Source: Longimicrobiales bacterium (GTDB lineage Bacteria > Gemmatimonadota > Gemmatimonadetes > Longimicrobiales > RSA9). Taken from it: DNA of 53,205 nucleotides. Below, one piece after another: positions 33,623-42,575 of this stretch (positions are counted from its first letter, which is position 1; the number at the start of each line of letters is the position of its first letter). Position numbers and translations under genes: made by a program. Under the pieces are notes generated by a model that was given only the letters and a program-made list of their open reading frames with translations, ran no database searches and was not told the DNA's origin. The stretch is taken from positions 1 through 53,205 of the forward strand of contig JBBSJG010000002.1 of NCBI GenBank assembly GCA_038257485.1, written 5' to 3'.

Positions 33623-35218
33623 TTATCTCGTGGCCGACCCCGGCACTTCCTTCATCATCTTCCGAATCGGCACGATCATCAGCGTCAGGACGGCAGCGGC
33701 GATGAAGAGCGAAGCCGTCGTCGTCATGAACAGCTTCGGCATCTGCTCGAGTTTTTCAGGATCGACGTGACCGCCGACGAGGCCACCGATCAGGTTGCCC
33801 ACCGATGCTGCGAGGAACCAGATGCCCATCATCTGACCGACGTACTTGCGCGGTGAAAGCTTCGTCATCGATGACAGGCCGACCGGACTGATGCACAGCT
33901 CACCGATTGTCTGCAGCAGGTAGCTGCCGATGAGCCAGAATGCTGCCACCTTCGTTGCACCGCCGCTGTCCACCACGATGTTTGCGGCCGGGATCATCAG
34001 AAGGAAGCCGAATCCGGCGAAGACCAAGCCGAGCGCGAACTTGGCAGGGCTCGACAGCTCGATGTTCCGCTTCGCCATTCCGACCCACAGCGCCGCGAAC
34101 ACCGGGGCCAGCAGGATGATGAATGCGGAGTTTACCGACTGGAACCACGTCGCCGGCACCACGAACGTGCCGATCGTGCGGTCCGTAAAGTCCGCGGCAA
34201 ACAGGTTGAGCGACGTCGGTGCCTGCTCGAATGCCGACCAGAAGATCGCGGCAAAGACAAACAGCACCGCAATGACCGCCACCCGCTTCTTTTCATCCGA
34301 GTCCAGACCGCCGAACCCGAAAATCGCGGTGAAGTAGACCACTGCGGTGCCGACGAGCACGTACGTCATGTACTTGCCGATCACCTGCGCGTCGAACGTG
34401 ACAGCACCGGTCATCGCTGCGATCACCACCGCGGCCAGCACTGCGAGCCCAGCCCACAGGATCGCCTTGATCTGGCGCTCCTGCTTCGCCTGAATCACCG
34501 GGTCTGGGTGACGCGTGGGCTCGAGGCCCAGGTCGCCCAGCGTGTCCTTCGAACGCGCCATGAAGATCAGCAGACCGATCAACATGCCGACGCCGGCAGC
34601 GCCAAAGCCCCAGTGCCAGCCGATCCGCTCACCCAGGAAGCCCGTAATCAACTGACCGGCGAACGCACCGAGATTGATGCCCATGTAGAAAATCGAGAAG
34701 CCGGCGTCACGACGGGCGCCACCCTCGGGGTACAGATCACCGACAATCGCCGAGATGTTCGGCTTCAGCAGACCCGTGCCCAGCACGATCAGTAGCAGAC
34801 CCATGAAGAACGGGATTCTGCTGCCCATGAACGACGAAAGGCCGATCGAGAAGTGACCGGCCACAATGAGCATACCGCCGTAGAGGATGGCCTTTCGCAG
34901 ACCCAGCAGACGGTCCGCGATCCAGCCGCCCGGGAGCGACGCGAGGTACACGCTCGCTGCGTAGATACCCACGATCGCCGACGCCTGCGCGCGGTCGAAA
35001 CCGAAACCGCCGGTATTGATCGCTGCCGCCATGAACAGCACCAGCAGCGGGCGGATCCCGTAGTACGAGAAGCGCTCCCACATCTCTGTGAAGAACAGCG
35101 TGGACAGACCCTTCGGATGACCGAAGAACCCGGTGTCGTCAGCCGAACTGCCGCCCGGAGGCAGGTCGGCCGTCAGTGACGCTTCGCGCGCGTCGTGGGG
35201 TGGTAGGTCACGTGCCAT
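33623..35218 (-). CDS. dtpT: POT/PTR2 family proton-dependent di-/tripeptide transporter
   Basis: 531 aa with the hallmark FFTEMWERFSYYGIRPLLVLFM (ExxERFxYY) and a 14-TM profile. Confidence 0.93.
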   Translation of the reverse strand: MARDLPPHDAREASLTADLPPGGSSADDTGFFGHPKGLSTLFFTEMWERFSYYGIRPLLVLFMAAAINTGGFGFDRAQASAIVGIYAASVYLASLPGGWIADRLLGLRKAILYGGMLIVAGHFSIGLSSFMGSRIPFFMGLLLIVLGTGLLKPNISAIVGDLYPEGGARRDAGFSIFYMGINLGAFAGQLITGFLGERIGWHWGFGAAGVGMLIGLLIFMARSKDTLGDLGLEPTRHPDPVIQAKQERQIKAILWAGLAVLAAVVIAAMTGAVTFDAQVIGKYMTYVLVGTAVVYFTAIFGFGGLDSDEKKRVAVIAVLFVFAAIFWSAFEQAPTSLNLFAADFTDRTIGTFVVPATWFQSVNSAFIILLAPVFAALWVGMAKRNIELSSPAKFALGLVFAGFGFLLMIPAANIVVDSGGATKVAAFWLIGSYLLQTIGELCISPVGLSSMTKLSPRKYVGQMMGIWFLAASVGNLIGGLVGGHVDPEKLEQMPKLFMTTTASLFIAAAVLTLMIVPIRKMMKEVPGSATR

Positions 35219-35376
35219 GGATACTCCTTCAATGGTTGATCACGCCAACGTATGCCCAACCTCCGGAATACGCTAGATAAACGACGCATACCCGGGCCCC
35301 TGCCTCCCCGGTTCCCATGCCCCATCCCTTCCCCCACATTATCCCGTGTCGCTCAACTTCCACATCCGGGTAGGCA

Positions 35377-37272
35377 ATGGATACGACGATTCTCCGCACG
35401 CTCCGATCCCAGGCACTCACCCGCAAACTCTCCGGTGACGAGCTCGAGTACATTGCCGCGTTCGCCCGCAATGTGTCCTACAAGCCCGGGGCGTTCATCT
35501 TCCACCAGAGCCAGCCACGCCGGTTCTGGGGATTCGTTGTAAGCGGACGCGTTGAATTGCGCAAAGGGCCGCGCGGCCGACCGCGCATCGTCTTCGTCCT
35601 CGGGCCAGGTGCGTCGTTTGGAGAGAGCGGGCTGCTCGACGACTACCCCCACTCGACGTCCGGGTATGTGGTCGAGCCCACCGAGACCATCCAGATCCCG
35701 CGCGACGCAATCGTGCGCATCGCCACGGAACGACCGGAACTCTACGGCAGACTCGTCGCAGCAGCCGCACAGTCCATTGCAGACCGCCTGCGCGCCACAC
35801 CCGGACGCGCGGGCGCCGGCGAGGAATACGAATCCGGCGAGATGCGGCGGGAGAAGGACCTGCTCGGTGAACGCGATGTTCCCGCAGGCGTCTACTTCGG
35901 CGTGCAGACACTGCGCGCGGTCGAGAACTTCCCGATCACCGGCATCGCGATCTCGCAGTACCCGCTGCTCGTGAAGGCGCTCGCCGCCGTCAAGGAAGCT
36001 TCCGCGCTCGCCAACTTCGAACTCGGCCTCCTCGAGAAAAATGTATGCGACGCCATTGTCGAAGCCGCAGAGGAAATCCGCGCCGGCAACCTGCACGGCG
36101 AGTTTGTAGTCGACGTAATCCAGGGAGGTGCTGGTACATCGACGAATATGAACGCGAATGAAGTTATCGCGAACCGTGCACTCGAGCTGCTCGGCGAAGC
36201 GCGAGGCAGCTACGAAATCGTGCACCCCAACAACCACGTCAATCTGTCACAGTCCACAAATGACGTGTATCCGACGTCGATCCGCATCGCATCACTCTGG
36301 GCGCTCGACCAGCTCGGTCCGGCACTCTCGGAACTGCGCGACGCATTCCTCGAGAAGGGCGAGGAGTTTTCTGATATCGTCAAGATGGGCCGCACCCAGT
36401 TGCAGGATGCTGTCCCGATGACACTGGGCCAGGAATTCCGTGCGTACGGTGTGACCATCGGCGAGGACGTTGAGCGTCTGCACGAAGTGCGGGCACTACT
36501 CAGTGAAATCAACATGGGCGCAACGGCGATCGGTACCGGCATCAACACCGATCCGGGCTATGCCTCGCTTGTCCGCACGAGACTCAGCGAGATCACGAAG
36601 CTCAACCTCGTGACCGCGCCCGATCTCGTCGAGGCGACGCAGGACACCGGCGTGTTCGTGACCGTATCCAGTGTGCTCAAGCGCATTTCCGTGAAGCTCT
36701 CCAAGATCTGCAACGATCTGAGACTACTCTCGAGTGGACCGCGCGCGGGCCTCAACGAGATCAACCTGCCGCCCATGCAGCCGGGGTCCAGCATCATGCC
36801 GGGAAAGGTGAACCCTGTCATTCCCGAGGTGGTCAACCAGGTGTGCTTCCAGGTGATCGGAAACGACCTCGCCGTCACCATGGCCGCTGAGGCCGGACAG
36901 CTGCAGCTCAATGTCTTCGAGCCCGTCATGGCCTTCAACCTCTTCCAGTCTGTGGACATGCTGACACAGGCGGCGATCGTTCTGCGCGAACGATGCATTG
37001 TCGGGATCACCGCAAACCGCGACCGCATCCGCAGCCTGCTCGAGAACAGCATCGGCATTGTAACTGCGCTCGTCCCGTTCATCGGCTACGAGCGATCGAC
37101 TGCGCTCGCGAGGGAAGCACTCGAGACCGGTCGTGGCGTGTACGAGCTCGTCCTCGAGAAGGGTTGGCTCACGCGCGAACAACTCGATGACGTGCTGTCA
37201 CCGGACAGCATGACCAGACCACGACCGATGGCGGCGATGAACAACGGCAGTGAACCGCTCACGGGCCCGTAG
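35377..37272 (+). CDS. aspA: cyclic-nucleotide-binding domain fused to aspartate ammonia-lyase
   Basis: Residues 1 to about 150 form a CAP_ED-like domain (FIFHQSQP..FGESGLLDD..ETIQIPRDAI). The rest is colinear with aspartase: KDLLGERDVPAGVYFGVQTLRAVENFPITG, QGGAGTSTNMNANEVIANRA, GSSIMPGKVNPV. Confidence 0.9.
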   Translation: MDTTILRTLRSQALTRKLSGDELEYIAAFARNVSYKPGAFIFHQSQPRRFWGFVVSGRVELRKGPRGRPRIVFVLGPGASFGESGLLDDYPHSTSGYVVEPTETIQIPRDAIVRIATERPELYGRLVAAAAQSIADRLRATPGRAGAGEEYESGEMRREKDLLGERDVPAGVYFGVQTLRAVENFPITGIAISQYPLLVKALAAVKEASALANFELGLLEKNVCDAIVEAAEEIRAGNLHGEFVVDVIQGGAGTSTNMNANEVIANRALELLGEARGSYEIVHPNNHVNLSQSTNDVYPTSIRIASLWALDQLGPALSELRDAFLEKGEEFSDIVKMGRTQLQDAVPMTLGQEFRAYGVTIGEDVERLHEVRALLSEINMGATAIGTGINTDPGYASLVRTRLSEITKLNLVTAPDLVEATQDTGVFVTVSSVLKRISVKLSKICNDLRLLSSGPRAGLNEINLPPMQPGSSIMPGKVNPVIPEVVNQVCFQVIGNDLAVTMAAEAGQLQLNVFEPVMAFNLFQSVDMLTQAAIVLRERCIVGITANRDRIRSLLENSIGIVTALVPFIGYERSTALAREALETGRGVYELVLEKGWLTREQLDDVLSPDSMTRPRPMAAMNNGSEPLTGP

Positions 37273-37877
37273 TCGCCATTCGCATCGCAGCACACGTCGC
37301 GGCTCGCGTCGTCGGTGGCGCGGAACGGCGGAGCATCGACCTGCTCGCGCGCCTCGCTGCGCGCGGGCACGACATCGTTGTCTACTGCAACAGTGATGCA
37401 GTTCTGGACCATGCGCTGGTGCCCGGTGTGCATGCGATGATTGCGGGCGACGGGGCGAGGCGGGGCGACCTGCGCGCGCAGGCTGATCAAAGCGGAATCC
37501 GCGACCGTGTTCATTTCCTCGGGTAGTGCGACAACCCGGGCGCGGTGCTGGCCGCGCTCGATGTCTTCGGTGTTACGTCCGATCAGGAAGGCATGTCGAA
37601 CGCCATGCTCGAAGCGCTCGCGGCCGGTGTCCCCGTCATCAGTACTGCCGTCAGCGGCGCGCGCGAGGCGCTCACGCGGGAACCCGTATGTGGCATCGTC
37701 GTCGACACGAGTGCGGAGGCGATCGCGGCAGGAATCAGGGAAATGATGGGATCGGATGAATTGCGGGGGACGATGGGCCACGCCGCCGCGCGCGTTGCGG
37801 ACGAACGTTACGGCAGTGACCGCATGACCGACGCGTGGGAGTCGCTTCTCATTGCGGGGGCAGCACCGCAATCGTAA
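37254..37877 (+). pseudogene. decayed GT4-family glycosyltransferase
   Basis: A single frame reads ..GGAERRSIDLLARLAARGHDIVVYC, then at once ..MIAGDGARRGDLRAQADQSGIRDRVHFLG. An in-frame TAG (37533-37535) follows, then CDNPGAVLAALDVFGVTSDQEGMSNAMLEALAAGVPVISTAVSGAREA... There is no start codon after the in-frame TGA at 37251-37253. About 170 residues normally lie between the RGH and GDG segments and are missing here. Confidence 0.6.
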
Positions 37878-39153
37878 GCCGGAACGTCGACCCCTTGCCG
37901 GCCTCGGATTGAACATCGATGCTGCCGCCCAGCAGCTCGCTCAGGCGGCGACACAGCGCGAGACCGAGACCCGTCCCACCATACAATCGCGTCGAAGAAC
38001 CGTCGACCTGGCGAAACTCATCGAAGACGTTGTCGCGATCTTCTTTCCGAATGCCGATGCCGGTGTCGGCTACGGCCCACTCCACGTGCGGTCGCTCATC
38101 CCGCATCAACGTGCGCACGTGCACCGACACACTGCCGCTGCTCGTGAACTTGAATGCATTCGACAGCAGGTTCTCCAGGATTTTGACGACCTTGTCAGCG
38201 TCCGTGACAACGTCGACCCTCTCCGGATTTCCTGATATACTGAACTCGACGTGCGCCGGCACATCACCAACGAGGTCCGCCGCCCGCTTTGCCAGCAGCA
38301 CGGCATCCGTCGGCTGGTATACGAGCTGCGCCCGACCCAGCTTGAGCTGCGACAGCTCAAGCAGATCATTGATGAGGTGCAGCAGCACGCCGGCGGCAGC
38401 GTCCATGCGCGACACCAGCGTCCGCTGACGGGGCTCCAGCGCACCGGCCTGACCGTCCAGCAGCAGGTCGGCGTAGCCGATGATCGATGTGAGTGGCGTG
38501 CGCAGCTCGTGGCTCATGTTCGCGAGGAACTCGTCCTTGAGTCGCTTCGAACCCTCTGCATCCTGGATTCGATGTTCGAGCGCCTGCTTCTCGATGCGCA
38601 GCTGCTGGACCTCCTGGCGAACCGACTCCAGCAGATGAGCGCGACGCGTCACGGCAGCCAGCTGATCCGCGATGAGACGCAGCAGGTGCAGTTCGTCATC
38701 CGCAAACTCGCGAGGCGCCTCGAAATAGAAACTCAATGCGCCAACTGCGGAGTCGTCGTGAATCAGGGGCAGCGTGATCAGCGAGACAAAACCCAGTTCC
38801 CTCGCCGGATCCCACCATTCCCGCAGACTCGAATCCGCGAACACATCATGCACGCTGATCGCGCGCTTTTCCGCTACGGCCGCACCCGTCGGACCGCGAC
38901 CCTCACGGATGCGCAGCTGACTTAGAAAGCGCGCTGACGATTGTGGCCAGTTCTGTGCGCACGCGAGCTTGAGCAGCGTGGGGTCGGCGGGATCACGCAG
39001 GAAGATCGAAGCAAAACTGGCATTCACCAGCGGCGTCAAGCGCGCCAGCGCGAGTCGATACACCTCCACCGCATTACTCGCGGTAAGGAACGCATCGATG
39101 ATCTCGCGCGCGACCTCCAACTCCATTTGTCGCAGTGACCGCTCCACCATCAC
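37849..39153 (-). CDS. GAF-domain sensor histidine kinase
   Basis: N-terminal GAF domain, H-box HELRTPLTSIIGY, and N/G boxes (LLSNAFKFT, DTGIGI, GTGLGLAL). Confidence 0.9.
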   Translation of the reverse strand: MMVERSLRQMELEVAREIIDAFLTASNAVEVYRLALARLTPLVNASFASIFLRDPADPTLLKLACAQNWPQSSARFLSQLRIREGRGPTGAAVAEKRAISVHDVFADSSLREWWDPARELGFVSLITLPLIHDDSAVGALSFYFEAPREFADDELHLLRLIADQLAAVTRRAHLLESVRQEVQQLRIEKQALEHRIQDAEGSKRLKDEFLANMSHELRTPLTSIIGYADLLLDGQAGALEPRQRTLVSRMDAAAGVLLHLINDLLELSQLKLGRAQLVYQPTDAVLLAKRAADLVGDVPAHVEFSISGNPERVDVVTDADKVVKILENLLSNAFKFTSSGSVSVHVRTLMRDERPHVEWAVADTGIGIRKEDRDNVFDEFRQVDGSSTRLYGGTGLGLALCRRLSELLGGSIDVQSEAGKGSTFRLTIAVLPPQ

Positions 39154-39400
39154 GCCTTTTTCAGTCGAATACAGGCGCCGATCCCGACGCCTGAAGGGTT
39201 CCCTTGACGCTTCTGAGAGCGCTCCCTACTCTTGGTAAGCCGGGTGGATATGCATCTGTCGCGAGGCAAGTTGCTCCCGCGATTCCACCCGCGCAAGTAT
39301 GAATCGAACAGCGTCGCCGCTGCGCATCAACTGGGCGCCGCGGCGTTATTGTCTTCAAGGATTCCCCGGCTTTACACCTTTTCACTCCGAGGAGCACAAC

Positions 39401-39694
39401 ATGAACAAGTCCGAACTGGTCCAGGCGCTCGCAGACCGGACCGACCTCAGCAGGGCTGATGCGACCCGGGCTGTCGAAGCGCTCTTCAGTCCGGATGACG
39501 GCCTGATCACCGAAACGCTCAAGCGAGGGGATCGCGTCCAGATCACGGGATTCGGCACATTCGAGACGAAGGAGCGGAAAGCGCGCACCGGCCGGAACCC
39601 GCGAACGGGTCGTGAGATCAAGATCGGGCCGACCGTCAGCGCCACCTTCCGTCCGGGCAAGGCGCTCAAGGATTCGGTGAAGCCAGCATCCTGA
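39401..39694 (+). CDS. hup: HU family DNA-binding protein
   Basis: MNKSELVQALA..GFGTFETKERKARTGRNPRTGREIKI. ggag lies 7 nt upstream of ATG 39401; the track ORF starts at 39299. Confidence 0.95.
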   Translation: MNKSELVQALADRTDLSRADATRAVEALFSPDDGLITETLKRGDRVQITGFGTFETKERKARTGRNPRTGREIKIGPTVSATFRPGKALKDSVKPAS

Positions 39695-39718
39695 GCCGTT
39701 CCGACATACACCATCGAA

Positions 39719-39752
39719 AAGGGGGGTCAGCGCTCGCGCGCCAAACCCCCTT
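39719..39752. terminator. hairpin between convergent hup and helicase-like genes
   Basis: aaggggg (39719-39725) pairs with ccccctt (39746-39752) around a GC-rich, internally palindromic loop. It is flanked by a-run/t-run sequence. Confidence 0.45.
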
Positions 39753-39807
39753 GTTCGTAGACAGACCGGTTACGGCAGACCGACCGCCTGCGGCCTGACT
39801 GACCGCT

Positions 39808-41526
39808 TTACGGCCGGGGCCGGCGTGGCGGGCCGTCGCCCGAGCTGCCACGCCCGGGTCCCCGCGGACCGTCCCACGGGGGACGTGTGCCCTCACGCGG
39901 ACCGTCGCGCGGTCCACTCCGGGGCGGCGCACTCCGAGGCCCACTCCGGAAGCCGTCCCGCGCCGCTTCCCGGCCGCCACTGCGACCACTGTCGCGCGCA
40001 CCGCCTCGCGCGGGAGCATCCCGCATTTCGCGCGCGCCCGCCGTGCCCTTCCGATCATAATCGACACGCAGACTGCGGCCACGCATCGTTGTGCCGTTCA
40101 TCGCGCGGATGACCTTGTCCGCGACCGCCGTGGACAGCTCCACCACGGTGAACGAATCCTTGATGTCGATCTTGCCGACCTGGTCACCCGTAATGCCAGC
40201 CTCACCGGTAATCGCTCCAACCAGGTCACCCGCCCGAATGTTGTCACGCGTGCCGACACTGAAGAACAATCTGACGAAACCCGCCTCCGCAGACGCCGGA
40301 CGCGGCGCGCCAGCGGCTGTCGCCGCAGGCGCCGAACCTGTCGCACGAGGCTGCACGCGCTTACGCACGATTGCACTCAGTGCAGCAGCGATCTCGGCCG
40401 GTGTGAACTCTTCGAACAGCGGATCGAGCACAGCCATCTGTGCATCGATGTCCTCGTCATGCACCGCCTGTCGCAGCATCCTGCGATACTCGGCGAGCCC
40501 GTCCGAAGCAGGCGCCTGCACCCGCAAAGCCTTCAGCGTCAATCCCACCGCCGCCGCCATGCGGCGCAGGTGCGGCAGTTCGGGTGGCGTCACCAGTACG
40601 AGGCCGCCATTCGCGTGGACCTGCTTCAAGCAGTCCTTCTCGAACGGCACGTCGAAGCTGATCGCTGTGCCTGTCGCAACCGCGTCATCCGCCGTAACGA
40701 TGCTGACGTCCGCATCGACGCCGGACTCGGCGCTGAAGCCCCGCAGTGACAGCGCCTCCCGGAGGTCATCGGCACTCGATTCGCTGCGCACCACGACCAC
40801 GGGCCGCGCACCCGCGCGCTGCTCCAGCAGCCTGACGAGCATCGCTTCCTTGCGTGATTCCGGAACGACCACGTAATCCACGTCGCCCGTCATCTCGACA
40901 TGCTCCGCCGGGTCGTCAGACCGCGACGGTACATTCATCGCCTTGCGCACATGCGCTTCGATGAACCGCTCGACATCCGCCGTCAACTCCGCCGCGGCAA
41001 CCACGCGTTGCGCGTCCTTCGGAATCGATGTCATGAGGGCGACGAGGGCTTCGCGCGAATCACTCAGCTGGGTATTCGCATCGATCAGCACGAACGCCGC
41101 AAGTTCGCCGAGCTTGAGCTCCGAACGTTCCACTGCTTCGCGCGCACCTTCCGGTGTAGCAACCACGACCGCGGCTTCCGCACGACGGTTCCATCCTGTC
41201 GCGAGCGCAGCCGCGCGCAGACCCACCGAGCTCGCCAGATTCATCAGCAGCGTCGCCTTCCGTGTCGCGCGATCCTCCGTCGGCACCAGCACCAGCAGTC
41301 TCGGACCCGCGCCCTCTGTGCCCTCCTGCGAGATCCGGTCGAGCAGCGGCAAGGCATACGCTGCCGTCACACCCGATCCCGTGGACGCGTGCAGCACGAG
41401 GTTGCCGCCGCGGCGCAGCACAGGGATCGCCGAAATCTGCAGCGGCGTTGCCTCCCGCAGACCAAGACCCGTCGCCGTCTGCGTGAGCTCTGCCCGTATT
41501 CCGAGCTGATCGAACGTCTGTGACAC
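39808..41526 (-). CDS. DEAD-box helicase-like protein with degenerate ATPase motifs, DbpA RNA-binding domain and Arg/Gly/Pro-rich tail
   Basis: Colinear with DbpA/DeaD, but motif I is ASTGSGVT (Lys to Val), Ia is PTEDRA, Ib is TPEGA, II is IDAN, III is AAA, and VI is absent (KQVHANGG). The DbpA domain is intact (VRLFFSVGTRDNIRAGDLVGAITGEAGITGDQVGKIDI). Confidence 0.88.
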   Translation of the reverse strand: MSQTFDQLGIRAELTQTATGLGLREATPLQISAIPVLRRGGNLVLHASTGSGVTAAYALPLLDRISQEGTEGAGPRLLVLVPTEDRATRKATLLMNLASSVGLRAAALATGWNRRAEAAVVVATPEGAREAVERSELKLGELAAFVLIDANTQLSDSREALVALMTSIPKDAQRVVAAAELTADVERFIEAHVRKAMNVPSRSDDPAEHVEMTGDVDYVVVPESRKEAMLVRLLEQRAGARPVVVVRSESSADDLREALSLRGFSAESGVDADVSIVTADDAVATGTAISFDVPFEKDCLKQVHANGGLVLVTPPELPHLRRMAAAVGLTLKALRVQAPASDGLAEYRRMLRQAVHDEDIDAQMAVLDPLFEEFTPAEIAAALSAIVRKRVQPRATGSAPAATAAGAPRPASAEAGFVRLFFSVGTRDNIRAGDLVGAITGEAGITGDQVGKIDIKDSFTVVELSTAVADKVIRAMNGTTMRGRSLRVDYDRKGTAGAREMRDAPARGGARDSGRSGGREAARDGFRSGPRSAPPRSGPRDGPREGTRPPWDGPRGPGRGSSGDGPPRRPRP

Positions 41527-41841
41527 CTATGCTCTCGACAATCCGCCCGGTAGGGCTGTTCCGACACCACGCTGATCATTCGGCTGATACGGCAGCATCG
41601 TCATGTAGTATTGCACGTCCATATCAAGACGCGATGTACGCAGCTGATCCGTTGCCGCATGAATCACAGTCGACAGACCGTGCCGATGCGCCGTGATCTT
41701 CACAGTGCCATCGCCTCCGCTCAGCTTCACGCTGTGGCGGTCCTCACTCACCTTCGTGATCGGAAGGCGGGCGGTGAGAATCTCTCCCGCCAGACGCAAG
41801 GCGTCCGCTGTGCCCGCCGCCGTCATTCGCTCGTAGGTCAT
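41527..41841 (-). CDS. hypothetical protein (104 aa)
   Basis: ORF abuts both neighbours with zero spacer. No family recognised. Confidence 0.6.
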   Translation of the reverse strand: MTYERMTAAGTADALRLAGEILTARLPITKVSEDRHSVKLSGGDGTVKITAHRHGLSTVIHAATDQLRTSRLDMDVQYYMTMLPYQPNDQRGVGTALPGGLSRA

Positions 41842-42435
41842 TTACTTCGTCTCCATCCATGACAGAAGTCTTTCGTAGTCCTGCAGCCCGACTACAACGC
41901 GCGGACTCATTCCCTCGTCAACCACATATGCCGGCACACCATTCAGCCCCAGACCGAGCGCCCTCGCTTCGTCCGCGATCACCGCATCCGTGTGCTGGTC
42001 GATATCCAGCGTCACCTTCATCCCCGTGCGGTCCAGACCCACCGACTCTGCAATTTCAACCAGCACGTCGATCCGACCGATATCGCGGCCTTCCGCGAAA
42101 TACGCCGCAAACAGCGCGTTGCGCATCGCTCGCTCGACACCTTCCACCTTTGCATACTTCGCGGCCTCGTGGGCCTTCCGCGTCCGTACGCCGATCGCCG
42201 GCATGACAATCGACAGACCCAGTTCCACGGAGAGCGGCCCGATCATCTCGTCCCAGCCACGACGCTTCGCAAGGTCGGAGGCCGGCGATGCGAGAGGCAC
42301 CGGCGAGGGCCGTAACTCGTATGCCCGGTACTCAACCGAAATACCGGCACGTTCCAGACCCTCCGCGCCCACCTCCGCCAGATAGCAGAACGGACATGCG
42401 AAATCACTGTACAGCTCCACGCACCGACCCCTCAT
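41842..42435 (-). CDS. DsbA-family (FrnE-like) thiol-disulfide oxidoreductase
   Basis: VELYSDFACPFCY (CPFC active site), ..GLNGVPAYVV. Start ATG 42435 (MRGRCVELY); the track ORF starts at 42525. Confidence 0.85.
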   Translation of the reverse strand: MRGRCVELYSDFACPFCYLAEVGAEGLERAGISVEYRAYELRPSPVPLASPASDLAKRRGWDEMIGPLSVELGLSIVMPAIGVRTRKAHEAAKYAKVEGVERAMRNALFAAYFAEGRDIGRIDVLVEIAESVGLDRTGMKVTLDIDQHTDAVIADEARALGLGLNGVPAYVVDEGMSPRVVVGLQDYERLLSWMETK

Positions 42436-42575
42436 CCCATCCCCTTTACGCCCATGCGACCTCCTGAATCTCGCCACACCACTCCCACCCGGCAACACAT
42501 CACCGCAACCCCCGCACCACCCCACTCCCGGCCAGACCCTTTGCCTTGCCCCGCATCTCTCCGTAATTTTGCGAC

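Noticed and set aside
37086-37916. 276-aa minus-strand ORF spanning the aspA 3' end and the glycosyltransferase remnant
   Set aside because: It overlaps a confidently called aspartase C-terminus and the recognisable GT4 frame on the opposite strand. Its own product has no motifs.
39204-39232. Sigma-70-like TTGACG-N17-TACTCT upstream of hup
   Set aside because: The match is only to the E. coli consensus and would imply a 5' UTR of about 165 nt. Promoter rules for this lineage are unknown, so I did not call it as a feature.
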